DNA of 64,000 nucleotides. Source: an uncultured Gammaproteobacteria bacterium (GTDB lineage Bacteria > Pseudomonadota > Gammaproteobacteria > DRLM01). Shown in pieces: positions 42,210 through 52,563 of this stretch; position 1 is the first letter of the stretch; each line of letters starts with the position of its first letter. The notes under the pieces are model-generated. The model searched no databases, had not been told where the DNA came from, and saw only the letters and a list, made by a program, of their open reading frames with translations. The translations under genes were made by a program, and so were the position numbers. The stretch spans positions 672,001-736,000 of the forward strand of contig CAVSNY010000007.1 in assembly GCA_963729605.1 (NCBI GenBank), in the 5' to 3' direction.

Positions 42210-44438
42210 GTGAACACCAAGGCCAAGCCGCCGCTGTCCGATAGATTGCGCGACAATGTGTTGTCGCTGTCGGCGCTGGAGGCGGGTAATTATCTGCTGC
42301 CGTTGATCGCGTTGCCCTACCTGGTGCGCACGCTGGGTGCCGAGCACTTCGGCCTGATGGTGTTCGCCCAGGCCTTCATTCAGCTGTTCGTGGTCATCAC
42401 CGAATACGGCTTCAATAAAAGCGCTACCCGCGACATTGCCCGCAATCGCGAACGCAGCGAGGAGATCGCGGCGATTTTCGGCAGTGTCATGCTGGCGAAA
42501 GCGGGACTCGCCGTGGTGAGCCTGGTGTTCTTGGCGGCGCTGGTCGCCGCCGTACCGATGTTCCGCGCCGACTGGGAGCTCTACGCGCTGGGCTTTCTCG
42601 CGGTGGTGGGCAACGTGCTGTTCCCGGTCTGGTTGTTCCAGGGCATGGAACGGATGAAATACATCACCTGCCTGAATCTGGGCGCCCGTTTAATCGGCGT
42701 ACTGGCGCTGTTCCTTTTCGTGCATGCGCCGGACGACTATCGGTTGGCATTGGCCATTCAGGCGGGCGCGGGTGTATTGGGCGGCGTAGCGAGCCTCGTC
42801 GTGGCGATGAGGATGCTGGGAGTGCGTTGGAAAACGCCGAGCGTGCTACAAATTAAAACCCGCCTGGCGGCCGGCTGGCATTACTTTCTCTCCGTCGCCG
42901 CAGGCAGCCTCTATACCGATGGCGCCATTTTTATTCTGGGGTTGGTCGCCAATCCCACGATAGCCGGTTATTTCACCGCGGCATACAAGCTGGTTTATGC
43001 CGCGGTGCGTCTGCCGAGGCCCCTCATTCAGGCTTTTTATCCCCGTGTAAACCTCATTGCCGCCACCTCGCAGGAAGACGCCTTGCGCTTTATACGACGT
43101 GTGATCAGATGGCTGATGCCCGCCTCGCTCGCGCTGTCCTTGAGTATTTATCTGCTCGCCGAACCGGTCATCGCCGTGCTCTACGGCGCGGCGTTCGCGC
43201 CCGCGGCGGAGGTGATGCGCTGGATGGCGCCGCTGCCCTTCCTCATTACCTTCAGCAATATGCTTGGCGTCCAAATCATGCTCAGTTTCGGGTGGGAGCG
43301 CCAATACAGCCGCATTGTGCTGAGCTGCGGAATTCTTAGTGTACTGGCGATGTTTCCGCTGGGATATGCCTGGGGCGCCATCGGCGCCGCGCTGGGCTTG
43401 GTCATTACCGAAGTGGCGATTTTGCTGGCGATCATTTCTTACTTGAAGGCCAGCGGAATTTCTTTCTTGTACGTGAAAAAACCGCGTCCATCTCGGCGTG
43501 AGGAGGTAAACGTGACCGGTGCGTTAATCCAGAGCAAGGATACCAAAATGAAAAAACCGGATTTCTTTATTATCGGCGCCCCCAAGTGCGGGACCACCGC
43601 GCTCAGCGAATACTTGCGCATGCATCCACGGGTATTCTTCTCCGACCCCAAGGAACCCAGCTATTTCAATCACGATTTCGCCAGACGCGATACGCCCACG
43701 CTGACGCGTTATCTCAACTATTTCAGGTCGGCTGACGAGAGGTATCTGGCGGTGGGGGAAGGCAGTACGTCGTATCTGTTCTCGCAGGCCGCGGTGCCGG
43801 AAATTCTCCATTTCAATCCCGACGCGCGTTTTATCGTAATGTTGAGAAATCCCATCGAGATGGTGCCGGCGCTACACGCGCAAGTGCTTTTGAACGGCGA
43901 TGAGGATCAACGGGATTTCGCCCGGGCTTGGCGACTGCAGGAACAACGCAAAGCCAATGAATGCATTCCGGCCTTATGCCGTGATCCCAAGCACCTGTGG
44001 TATGGAGATTACGGCTTGCTCGGTCGGCAATTGGAACGTCTTCTGAGCCTGGTCGATCGGCAGCGGGTAAAAATTATTTTGTTTGAAGACTTCACCCGCG
44101 ACCCCGCCGCCGTGTACAACGAGGTGCTGGAGTTTCTCGGCTTGCCCGCCCATCCCGGGCAGGACTTCCAGCCCGTCAACCGTCACCGCGCCGTCCGTTC
44201 GCCGCGACTGCATCTTATGATGCGCCGGCTGAGTCGAATCAAACAACGCCTCATAGGCCGGTATTCGTTGGGGGTCACGCGGCTTTATAACAAGGTCAAC
44301 ACCGTCGAACGTCCGCGCGAGGCGCTCAGTGCCGAACTCGCCGCCGAGCTGCGCGCGTATTTCCGGGAGGATGTGTTGAAACTTTCCGGCCTGTTGGGCC
44401 GCGATCTCACCCACTGGCTTGGGCCGCGGTCGTCATGA
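42210..44438 (+). CDS. Wzx flippase fused in frame to a PAPS-dependent sulfotransferase
   Basis: N-terminal ~420 aa flippase (LPYLVRTLG, WLFQGME); C-terminal PDFFIIGAPKCGTT, KEP, LRNP. Confidence 0.85.
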   Translation: MNTKAKPPLSDRLRDNVLSLSALEAGNYLLPLIALPYLVRTLGAEHFGLMVFAQAFIQLFVVITEYGFNKSATRDIARNRERSEEIAAIFGSVMLAKAGLAVVSLVFLAALVAAVPMFRADWELYALGFLAVVGNVLFPVWLFQGMERMKYITCLNLGARLIGVLALFLFVHAPDDYRLALAIQAGAGVLGGVASLVVAMRMLGVRWKTPSVLQIKTRLAAGWHYFLSVAAGSLYTDGAIFILGLVANPTIAGYFTAAYKLVYAAVRLPRPLIQAFYPRVNLIAATSQEDALRFIRRVIRWLMPASLALSLSIYLLAEPVIAVLYGAAFAPAAEVMRWMAPLPFLITFSNMLGVQIMLSFGWERQYSRIVLSCGILSVLAMFPLGYAWGAIGAALGLVITEVAILLAIISYLKASGISFLYVKKPRPSRREEVNVTGALIQSKDTKMKKPDFFIIGAPKCGTTALSEYLRMHPRVFFSDPKEPSYFNHDFARRDTPTLTRYLNYFRSADERYLAVGEGSTSYLFSQAAVPEILHFNPDARFIVMLRNPIEMVPALHAQVLLNGDEDQRDFARAWRLQEQRKANECIPALCRDPKHLWYGDYGLLGRQLERLLSLVDRQRVKIILFEDFTRDPAAVYNEVLEFLGLPAHPGQDFQPVNRHRAVRSPRLHLMMRRLSRIKQRLIGRYSLGVTRLYNKVNTVERPREALSAELAAELRAYFREDVLKLSGLLGRDLTHWLGPRSS

Positions 44439-45661
44439 ACGCGCTTGCCCACGCCATTTATTCCCACGCGGACGATGCCGCGACGCAGGCGCTCGCCGGC
44501 AAACGCATTCTGCTGGTGGGCGCTTATGCCGGCGATCGCGGTCACAGCATGAATTTATTCGCCCGCTTGCTCAAACGCGAGTTGATGGCCAAAGGCGTCG
44601 CGGTGACGTTGTTGGAGCCGCCGGATCCCTTGGGCCGCTGGGTGAAACGAAGCCGTGGGCTCCGCAAGTGGGTAGGCTATCTCGACAAATTCGCCATTTT
44701 TCCTGTCCTGCTGCGCCGCGCCGCGCGTCACTATGACGTGGTGCATATTTGCGATCATTCGAATGCCATGTATCGCGCCTGGCTGCAAGACGTACCCGAC
44801 ATCATCACGTGCCATGACCTCATCGGCGTGCACGGCGGCCAAGGCTTATATCAAGAGCATCGCGTGCGCTTTACTGGCCGCCTGCTCCAGCGCTGGGTGG
44901 CCAGGCATTTGGGCCGCGCCGAGCATGTCGCGTGCGTCTCGGAATTTACTCGCGGCGCTTTATCCAACACGTTTCCGCAATTGGAACCGCGCGCCAGCGT
45001 GGTTCCCAACGGCCTCAATTATGCCTATTCGCCCATGCCGGCCGCTCAAGCCGATACTGTACTTTCCGCGCTGGGACTGGCGCCCGGCGATACTTACGTC
45101 ATGCATGTCGGCCACGGTTCCTGGCGCAAAAATCGGCTGGGCGTGCTGAAGATATTCAGCCGTTATCTCGCCTTGCAGCCTTCCTCGGTCCGGCTGGTGA
45201 TGGTCGGCGATCCCCTCGATGAGCCGATGCGCGCGTATCTCGCGACCCAGGACTGGGGACGGCGGGTCGTGCAGCTGAGCGATCTGGCGCCGGAGGCCAT
45301 GCGGGCCTTGTATTCGCGCGCGCAATTCCTGCTGTTTCCGTCGCTGCACGAGGGTTTCGGCTGGCCGATCATCGAAGCGCAATCTTGCGGCTGTGTCGTG
45401 GTCACCTCGAATCGCGCGCCTATGAACGAAGTGGGCGGCGAAGGCGCGATTTACATCGATCCCGAACGCCATGTCGACGCCGCCGCGGTGATCATTCGAG
45501 AGTTGCGGCACGCCGACCGCTGGCGGGCGGCGGCGCTGAGCAATGCCCAGCGTTATTCCGCGGCGTGCATGGCCGCCGGTTATGCGCGGGCCTATGCCGC
45601 CTTGCTGGCGCAGCGCGAGGAAACAGGACGGATATCACTCTCTTTTTCGCCGCCGTCGTAA
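44435..45661 (+). CDS. GT4 glycosyltransferase
   Basis: VSEFT, VPNG, FPSLHEGFGWPIIEA. Confidence 0.9.
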   Translation: MNALAHAIYSHADDAATQALAGKRILLVGAYAGDRGHSMNLFARLLKRELMAKGVAVTLLEPPDPLGRWVKRSRGLRKWVGYLDKFAIFPVLLRRAARHYDVVHICDHSNAMYRAWLQDVPDIITCHDLIGVHGGQGLYQEHRVRFTGRLLQRWVARHLGRAEHVACVSEFTRGALSNTFPQLEPRASVVPNGLNYAYSPMPAAQADTVLSALGLAPGDTYVMHVGHGSWRKNRLGVLKIFSRYLALQPSSVRLVMVGDPLDEPMRAYLATQDWGRRVVQLSDLAPEAMRALYSRAQFLLFPSLHEGFGWPIIEAQSCGCVVVTSNRAPMNEVGGEGAIYIDPERHVDAAAVIIRELRHADRWRAAALSNAQRYSAACMAAGYARAYAALLAQREETGRISLSFSPPS

Positions 45662-45707
45662 TAGAAAACTGACGGCCAACCCTAGCACAGCTGAGAGGAT
45701 CGCAATC

Positions 45708-46601
45708 ATGATCAAAACGCCACCCATCCCGGAAGAAAATGTTCTGAAGGATATGGAGTTGTCTTTTTACCGACTGCTCACCACCCGTTTGCCCAAGCTG
45801 CGCGGTTCGGGCCGCCTGTCGATGTTGTTCAGATGGTTTTATTGCCGCGTGCCGCGCGATCCGCTGGTTGCCGACGTGCACGGCTTGACCATGCGCCTCG
45901 ACCCCGGTGAACGGGTGGACAGTTCATTGCTCTTTTGGCCGCAGCTTTACGATTGGCGGGAAATCGAATTTCTAAAATCCGCGGTGGAACCCGGCGGGGT
46001 ATTTTTGGATGTGGGCGCGAATATCGGTTATTACACGCTGATGATGAGCCGGCATGTCGGCGAGACGGGACGCGTCGTCGCTATCGAAGCGGATCCCGAC
46101 ACCTTCAAGCGCCTCAAGGAAAATATCGCGCTCAACGGACGCGGCAATGTGACCGCCCTGCAAGTCGGGGTCGCCGATAAAGCCGGCGGGTTCAGCTTCT
46201 TTCGCAATACGGTGGGCAACCGCGGCGGACATTCCTTTGTGCCGCAGGAGTCGGAGGCGCAAACCGCCACCGCCATTACGATCGATTGCCATCCTTTGTT
46301 GGATCTGTTGATCGAGGCGGGGGTGCAGCGGGTGGATGCGGCGAAATTCGATATCGAAGGAATGGAGTACCGGGTGCTGAGTGCATTTTTATCTCAGGCG
46401 CCCGTCCATCTGCATCCCAGGTCCATGGTGATAGAGGATCATCCCGATTGGCATGCGCGGATGGGGGGCGATGCGGTGGCTTTATTACAAACGTACGGCT
46501 ACGAAGTTATCTCACGCCATGGATTGAACGTCTTGCTGAAAAAAAGCGGCGACCCTCTTCCGCGTCATGACGACAGGCAGTCTTCCAAAGCAAATAATTA
46601 A
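45708..46601 (+). CDS. FkbM-family methyltransferase
   Basis: LDVGANIGYY, KFDIEGMEY. Confidence 0.88.
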   Translation: MIKTPPIPEENVLKDMELSFYRLLTTRLPKLRGSGRLSMLFRWFYCRVPRDPLVADVHGLTMRLDPGERVDSSLLFWPQLYDWREIEFLKSAVEPGGVFLDVGANIGYYTLMMSRHVGETGRVVAIEADPDTFKRLKENIALNGRGNVTALQVGVADKAGGFSFFRNTVGNRGGHSFVPQESEAQTATAITIDCHPLLDLLIEAGVQRVDAAKFDIEGMEYRVLSAFLSQAPVHLHPRSMVIEDHPDWHARMGGDAVALLQTYGYEVISRHGLNVLLKKSGDPLPRHDDRQSSKANN

Positions 46602-46614
46602 GGAGTTGTAGTTC

Positions 46615-47736
46615 ATGAAAGCCGTTATCCTTGCCGCCGGTAAAGGTACCCGTGTCCGGCCGCTCACCGCCGACCTGCCCAAACCCATGATCCCGATTTT
46701 GGGTAAACCCGTGCTGGAATATTTGATCGAACACCTGGCCCGCTACGGTATTCGTGAAATCATGATCAATGTGAGTTGGCAGCACGAGAAGATAGAAGAT
46801 TATTTCGGCGACGGCCGGCGTTTCGGCGTGCAGATCGGCTATTCCTTCGAAGGCGCCATGGAAAACGGCGTGGTGGTGCCGCGGCCGCTGGGGTCGGCCG
46901 GCGGACTGCGTAAAATCCAGGACTTCGGCGGCTTCTTCGACGAGACCACGCTGGTGATATGCGGCGACGCCTTGATCGATTTGGATTTAAAGGCGGCCTT
47001 GTTCGAACATCGCCGCACCGGCGCCCTGGCGTCGCTGGTCACCAAGGAAGTGCCTTGGAACCAGGTTGCCAACTATGGCGTGGTGGTCACGCGGCCGGAT
47101 GGTCGCATTGTTTCTTTTCAGGAGAAGCCCGCCATGGAAGAGGCGCGCTCCAATCTGGTCAGTACCGGGATTTACCTGTTTGAACCCGAAGCCATCGAGC
47201 TCATCCCGCCCGCCTGTGTATTCGATCTGGGTTCGGCGTTTTTCCCGCTGCTGGTTCAGCGTAAGGTGCCTTTTTTCGCGCAGAAACGCTTCTTCAATTG
47301 GATGGACATCGGCCGCATTACCGATTATTGGGCGGTTCAACAGCGGGTACTGGCCGGCGAAGTGGCGCAAATGGACATGCCCGGCCGCGAGCTGCGCGAC
47401 GGCCTATGGGTGGGTTTGAATACCCGGATATCGCCCCGCACCGAGATTTACGGGCCGGTCTATATCGGCAGCAACACCGAGATTCGGGCCGGCGCGAAAA
47501 TCATGGGGCCCACCTGGATAGGTCACGGCAGCTTGATCGAAGAAGGAGCGATCGTGGACCGCTCGATCTTATTCGAATATACCCGCGTGGGCGCCCATGC
47601 GCGCATCCGCGATATGGTGTTGTATAGGGACTACTGCATCAACCGCGACGGCGAGATCTGGAAGATAGGCGAACTCGCGGGTGACCATATCACATGGGGC
47701 GACGCCCGGGCGTTGCATGCCGATGATGCCGCTTGA
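46615..47736 (+). CDS. NDP-sugar pyrophosphorylase (mannose-1-P guanylyltransferase-like)
   Basis: ILAAGKGTR...PKPM, FQEKP, WMDIG, hexapeptide tail. Confidence 0.88.
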   Translation: MKAVILAAGKGTRVRPLTADLPKPMIPILGKPVLEYLIEHLARYGIREIMINVSWQHEKIEDYFGDGRRFGVQIGYSFEGAMENGVVVPRPLGSAGGLRKIQDFGGFFDETTLVICGDALIDLDLKAALFEHRRTGALASLVTKEVPWNQVANYGVVVTRPDGRIVSFQEKPAMEEARSNLVSTGIYLFEPEAIELIPPACVFDLGSAFFPLLVQRKVPFFAQKRFFNWMDIGRITDYWAVQQRVLAGEVAQMDMPGRELRDGLWVGLNTRISPRTEIYGPVYIGSNTEIRAGAKIMGPTWIGHGSLIEEGAIVDRSILFEYTRVGAHARIRDMVLYRDYCINRDGEIWKIGELAGDHITWGDARALHADDAA

Positions 47737-47834
47737 CGGAAGAGTGCCACATTGAACGCCCGCTGCCCGTCTTAGGCGTCAAGGTGTCGCTGGCCGATCT
47801 TAGAAAAAATGTGATTGATTGACGTTAATAATCG

Positions 47835-47911
47835 TGGTCGGGGTGAGAGGATTTGAACCTCCGGCCCCTGCCTCCCGAAGGCAGTGCTCTACCAGTCTGA
47901 GCTACACCCCG
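47835..47911 (-). tRNA. tRNA-Pro (anticodon CGG)
   Basis: CGGGGTGTAGCTCAGACTGGTAGAGCACTGCCTTCGGGAGGCAGGGGCCGGAGGTTCAAATCCTCTCACCCCGACCA; cloverleaf with encoded CCA. Confidence 0.96.
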
Positions 47912-47912
47912 A

Positions 47913-48881
47913 TTAGTGATTGCGTTTGATGGCGAATTCGGCGAGCGCATACATGGCGTCTCGATGAGCTGACGCGGGAACCCCATGTAAAGCGGCGAGT
48001 GCTTTTTCCGCCTCCTGCTGCGCCGAGCGCGCAGTGTACGCGATGGCGCCGGTGGATTCAATGGCTTCCGTGACCTGGCGGATCGCGTCGCGGCCGCCGT
48101 GTTCGATGGCGTGACGAATCAGCGCCGCCTGTTCCGCGTTGCCATGCCGCATGGCGTGGATCAGCGGCAAAGTCGGCTTGCCTTCCGCCAAATCATCGCC
48201 GATGTTTTTACCGATTTCCTCGGGCGCGGCGCTGTAGTCCAGCACGTCGTCGATGAGTTGGAAGGCGGTGCCGAGGTGCATGCCGTAGCGGCGCATCGCC
48301 TCGCGTTCCGCCTCGCCCCGGCCGCTCAGCACCGCGCCCAATTCGGCGGCGGCCTCGAACAGCTTGGCGGTTTTGGAGCGGATCACCTCGAGATAACGTT
48401 GTTCGGTGGTATCCGGGTCGTGGCAATTCAGCAGTTGCAGTACCTCGCCCTCGGCGATGGTGTTGGTGGCGTGGGCGAGGATTTCCATCATTTCCATGTT
48501 GCCCACTTCCACCATCATCTGGAAAGAGCGCGAGTAGAGGAAGTCGCCCACCAGCACGCTGGCCTCGTTGCCCCAAATGGAATTGGCGGTGTCCTGGCCG
48601 CGGCGCATCTCCGAGGCGTCCACCACGTCGTCGTGGAGCAGGGTGGCGGTGTGGATGAACTCGACGACGGTTGAAATAGGGATATGATGCGGTCCGTCAT
48701 AGCCGTAGGCCCGGGCGCTCAAGAGCACCAGGGTCGGCCGCAAACGTTTGCCGCCGCTATTGATGATGTACTGTCCCATCTGATTGATGAGCGCCACCTC
48801 GGAGCTGAGCCGCGCCGCGATCAGCCGGTTGACGGCGCTCATGTCCTCGGCCACCAAGGCGTAAACTGCTTGAATATCCAT
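47913..48881 (-). CDS. ispB: Octaprenyl diphosphate synthase
   Basis: GGKRLRP, LLHDDVVD, FQLIDDVLD. Confidence 0.96.
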   Translation of the reverse strand: MDIQAVYALVAEDMSAVNRLIAARLSSEVALINQMGQYIINSGGKRLRPTLVLLSARAYGYDGPHHIPISTVVEFIHTATLLHDDVVDASEMRRGQDTANSIWGNEASVLVGDFLYSRSFQMMVEVGNMEMMEILAHATNTIAEGEVLQLLNCHDPDTTEQRYLEVIRSKTAKLFEAAAELGAVLSGRGEAEREAMRRYGMHLGTAFQLIDDVLDYSAAPEEIGKNIGDDLAEGKPTLPLIHAMRHGNAEQAALIRHAIEHGGRDAIRQVTEAIESTGAIAYTARSAQQEAEKALAALHGVPASAHRDAMYALAEFAIKRNH

Positions 48882-48967
48882 GGCAACTATTTCGTTCTCC
48901 CCCGCGGAACGGTGCATGCTAGCGGGGCGCGGCCGGCTTTGCAATTGGTGCGGCTGAGTCCCGGTAT

Positions 48968-48996
48968 TTGACGCTAGGGGGCGTTACGGATAAAAT
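48968..48996 (+). promoter_or_regulatory. sigma70 promoter of rplU-rpmA
   Basis: TTGACG-N17-TAAAAT. Confidence 0.7.
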
Positions 48997-49069
48997 CCCC
49001 GCTCTTTAATTACCGAGTTGATCTGTTTTGCCGGGCCGATGCCGGGTAAAACTAACGGAGAACAGTCAC

Positions 49070-49384
49070 ATGTACGCAGTTATCGTCACGGGCGGCAAAC
49101 AATACCGCGTGTCGGAGGGCGAAACCCTCAAGGTCGAGCTGATCGACGCCGAACAGGGCAGCACCGTGGAATTGGATCGCGTGCTGATGGTGGGCGAGGG
49201 CGAGAGCGTCAAGATCGGCGCCCCCTACGTGGCCGGCGGCAAGGTCACCGCGACCGTCAAATCCCACGGCCGGGGCGAGAAGATCAAGATCGTCAAGTTC
49301 CGCCGCCGCAAGCACCACCAGAAGGTCACGGGACATCGGCAGCACTACACCGAATTGCAGATCACCGGCATTTCCGCGGATTAA
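49070..49384 (+). CDS. rplU: 50S ribosomal protein L21
   Basis: [18 protein letters not shown]. Confidence 0.97.
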   Translation: MYAVIVTGGKQYRVSEGETLKVELIDAEQGSTVELDRVLMVGEGESVKIGAPYVAGGKVTATVKSHGRGEKIKIVKFRRRKHHQKVTGHRQHYTELQITGISAD

Positions 49385-49404
49385 TTTGAGCAGAGGTCAG
49401 TACC

Positions 49405-49662
49405 ATGGCACATAAGAAAGCAGGCGGCAGTAGCCGCAACGGCCGCGATTCCCATTCCAAACGCTTGGGCGTCAAGTGCTTCGGCGACCAGCAGGTCGTG
49501 GCGGGCAATATCATCATCCGTCAGCGCGGCACGCGCTACCACGCCGGGGTGAATGTCGGCATCGGCCGCGACCACACCCTGTTCGCTTTGACCGAAGGTA
49601 AAGTGAAGTTCGAGACCAAGGGCGCGGACAACCGTACTTTCGTCAGCGTCGTGTCGGCTTAA
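49405..49662 (+). CDS. rpmA: 50S ribosomal protein L27
   Basis: [16 protein letters not shown]. Confidence 0.98.
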   Translation: MAHKKAGGSSRNGRDSHSKRLGVKCFGDQQVVAGNIIIRQRGTRYHAGVNVGIGRDHTLFALTEGKVKFETKGADNRTFVSVVSA

Positions 49663-49685
49663 TCCCGGTCTCAAACGCGCTCAGC

Positions 49686-49720
49686 AAGCCCCGCCGTTAC
49701 CCCGGCGGGGCTTTTGTTTT
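49686..49720 (+). terminator. Intrinsic terminator after rpmA
   Basis: AAGCCCCGCCG / CGGCGGGGCTT plus T tract. Confidence 0.85.
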
Positions 49721-49787
49721 ACTGAGGCGGTCAATGCCTCAATCCGAGTTTGCTTCGCGCTTGCTACCCATAACCTGCTGCTTGTAA

Positions 49788-50838
<1,051 letters not shown>

Positions 50839-50891
50839 TGTGATAATCGCGCGGTGATTTTCCGGTGACATGAGGTGGGCGGTTTAAGGCA

Positions 50892-52019
50892 ATGCAATCT
50901 CGGCAAGACATCTCCAAGGCGCGGCGCTGGGTGGTCAAAGTGGGCAGTTCCCTGCTCACCGCCAACGGCCGCGGACTCGATCATGAATTGATCGCCGCCT
51001 GGGCGGAACAAATCACCGCGCTGCGCCGACGCGGCGCCGAGGTGGTGCTGGTGTCTTCCGGCGCGGTGGCGGAAGGCATGCAGCGGCTGGGCTGGACCCG
51101 GCGTCCCCATGCGTTATTTGAATTGCAAGCGGCGGCGGCGGTGGGGCAGATGGGGCTGGTGCAGGCCTACGAGTCCTGCTTCAAGCAGCACGGCGTGCAC
51201 ACCGCGCAAATTCTTCTGACCCACGACGACCTCGCCAATCGCCAGCGTTACCTCAATGCCCGCAGCACCTTGCGCACCCTGCTCAAGTTGGGGGTGGTGC
51301 CGGTGGTCAATGAAAACGACACGGTGGCGGTGGACGAGATCCGCTTCGGCGACAACGACACCCTCGCCGCGCTGGTCGCCAATCTGGTGGAGGCGGAAGT
51401 GCTGGTGCTGCTCACCGACCAGGCCGGCATGTTCGACCGCGATCCGCGCGCCCATCTCGACGCCCAATTCATCCACGAGGCCCGCGCCGACGATCCCGGC
51501 TTGGAAGCGATGGCCGGCGCGGGCGGCGTGGGCAGTTTGGGGCGCGGCGGCATGCTCACCAAGGTGCGCGCCGCGGCGCGTGCGGCGCGCTCCGGGGCCG
51601 CCACCGTCATCGCCTATGGCCGCGAACCGCAGATATTGACCCGGCTCGCCGATGCCGAACAGGTCGGCACGCTGTTCATTCCCGCCCGCGAATTGCTGGT
51701 GGCGCGCAAGCGCTGGCTGGCGGGGCAGTTGCAGCCACGTGGCAAACTGGTGTTGGACGAGGGCGCGGTGCGGGTGCTGCGCGACGCGGGCCGCAGTCTG
51801 CTGCCGGTGGGCGTGCGGCAAGTGGAAGGCCAGTTTTCGCGCGGCGAGCTGGTGGTATGCGCCGCCCCCGACGGCCGCGAGATCGCCAAAGGACTGGTGA
51901 ATTACAGCGCCGAGGAGTCGCGCAAGATCATGGGCCAGGCCTCGGACCGCATCGAAACCTTATTGGGCTATGTGGACGAGCCGGAGCTGATCCATCGTGA
52001 CAATCTGGTGTTGATTTAG
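50892..52019 (+). CDS. proB: Glutamate 5-kinase
   Basis: VVKVGSS, NENDTV, GDND, PUA domain. Confidence 0.97.
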   Translation: MQSRQDISKARRWVVKVGSSLLTANGRGLDHELIAAWAEQITALRRRGAEVVLVSSGAVAEGMQRLGWTRRPHALFELQAAAAVGQMGLVQAYESCFKQHGVHTAQILLTHDDLANRQRYLNARSTLRTLLKLGVVPVVNENDTVAVDEIRFGDNDTLAALVANLVEAEVLVLLTDQAGMFDRDPRAHLDAQFIHEARADDPGLEAMAGAGGVGSLGRGGMLTKVRAAARAARSGAATVIAYGREPQILTRLADAEQVGTLFIPARELLVARKRWLAGQLQPRGKLVLDEGAVRVLRDAGRSLLPVGVRQVEGQFSRGELVVCAAPDGREIAKGLVNYSAEESRKIMGQASDRIETLLGYVDEPELIHRDNLVLI

Positions 52020-52055
52020 CGGCGACTATTTGCGGTGGGTGACGCGAGGTAACGC

Positions 52056-52085
52056 AAAAAGCCGGTCGATACGACCGGCTTTTTT
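52056..52085. terminator. Bidirectional terminator between proB and rpsT
   Basis: AAAAAGCCGGTCG / CGACCGGCTTTTT. Confidence 0.85.
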
Positions 52086-52126
52086 ATGCGGCGCTTGCTC
52101 CGCCCCGGAGGGCGGAATCACTGATC

Positions 52127-52399
52127 TCAGGCGGTAGCCGAGAGCGCGCGCAGCCGTTGGTTCAAACGGCTCTTGTGGCGGGCGGCCTTATTTTTATGAA
52201 TAAGACCTTTGCGCGCCATGGCGTCGATCACCGGCACGGCCGCGGTCAGCGCCGCCTGGGATTGGGTCTGGTCGCCGGTCGCGAGGGTGTTCACCACCTT
52301 CTTGATGGCGCTGCGCACGGTGGAGCGTTGCCCCACGTTACGTTGACGGCTTTTTTCTGCCTGCCGGACCCGTTTTTTTGCTTGAGCTGTGTTGGCCAA
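52127..52399 (-). CDS. rpsT: 30S ribosomal protein S20
   Basis: TTG start, ANTAQAKKR, KGLIHKNKAARHKSRL. Confidence 0.96.
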   Translation of the reverse strand: MANTAQAKKRVRQAEKSRQRNVGQRSTVRSAIKKVVNTLATGDQTQSQAALTAAVPVIDAMARKGLIHKNKAARHKSRLNQRLRALSATA

Positions 52400-52563
52400 G
52401 GAAAAGCTCCTGAATTCGCAGTAGTACGGAAAGCCGCGTACTATGCGTATTCTCGCCCGGTTTGTCAATGCTCGCGGCGCGCGGCGCGGCCTCGCCGCCG
52501 ACGCGCCGACAGGGTAAACTGCGGCCGTTTTGTCATAAAAAGCAACCAGGAATCCCCGCCATC

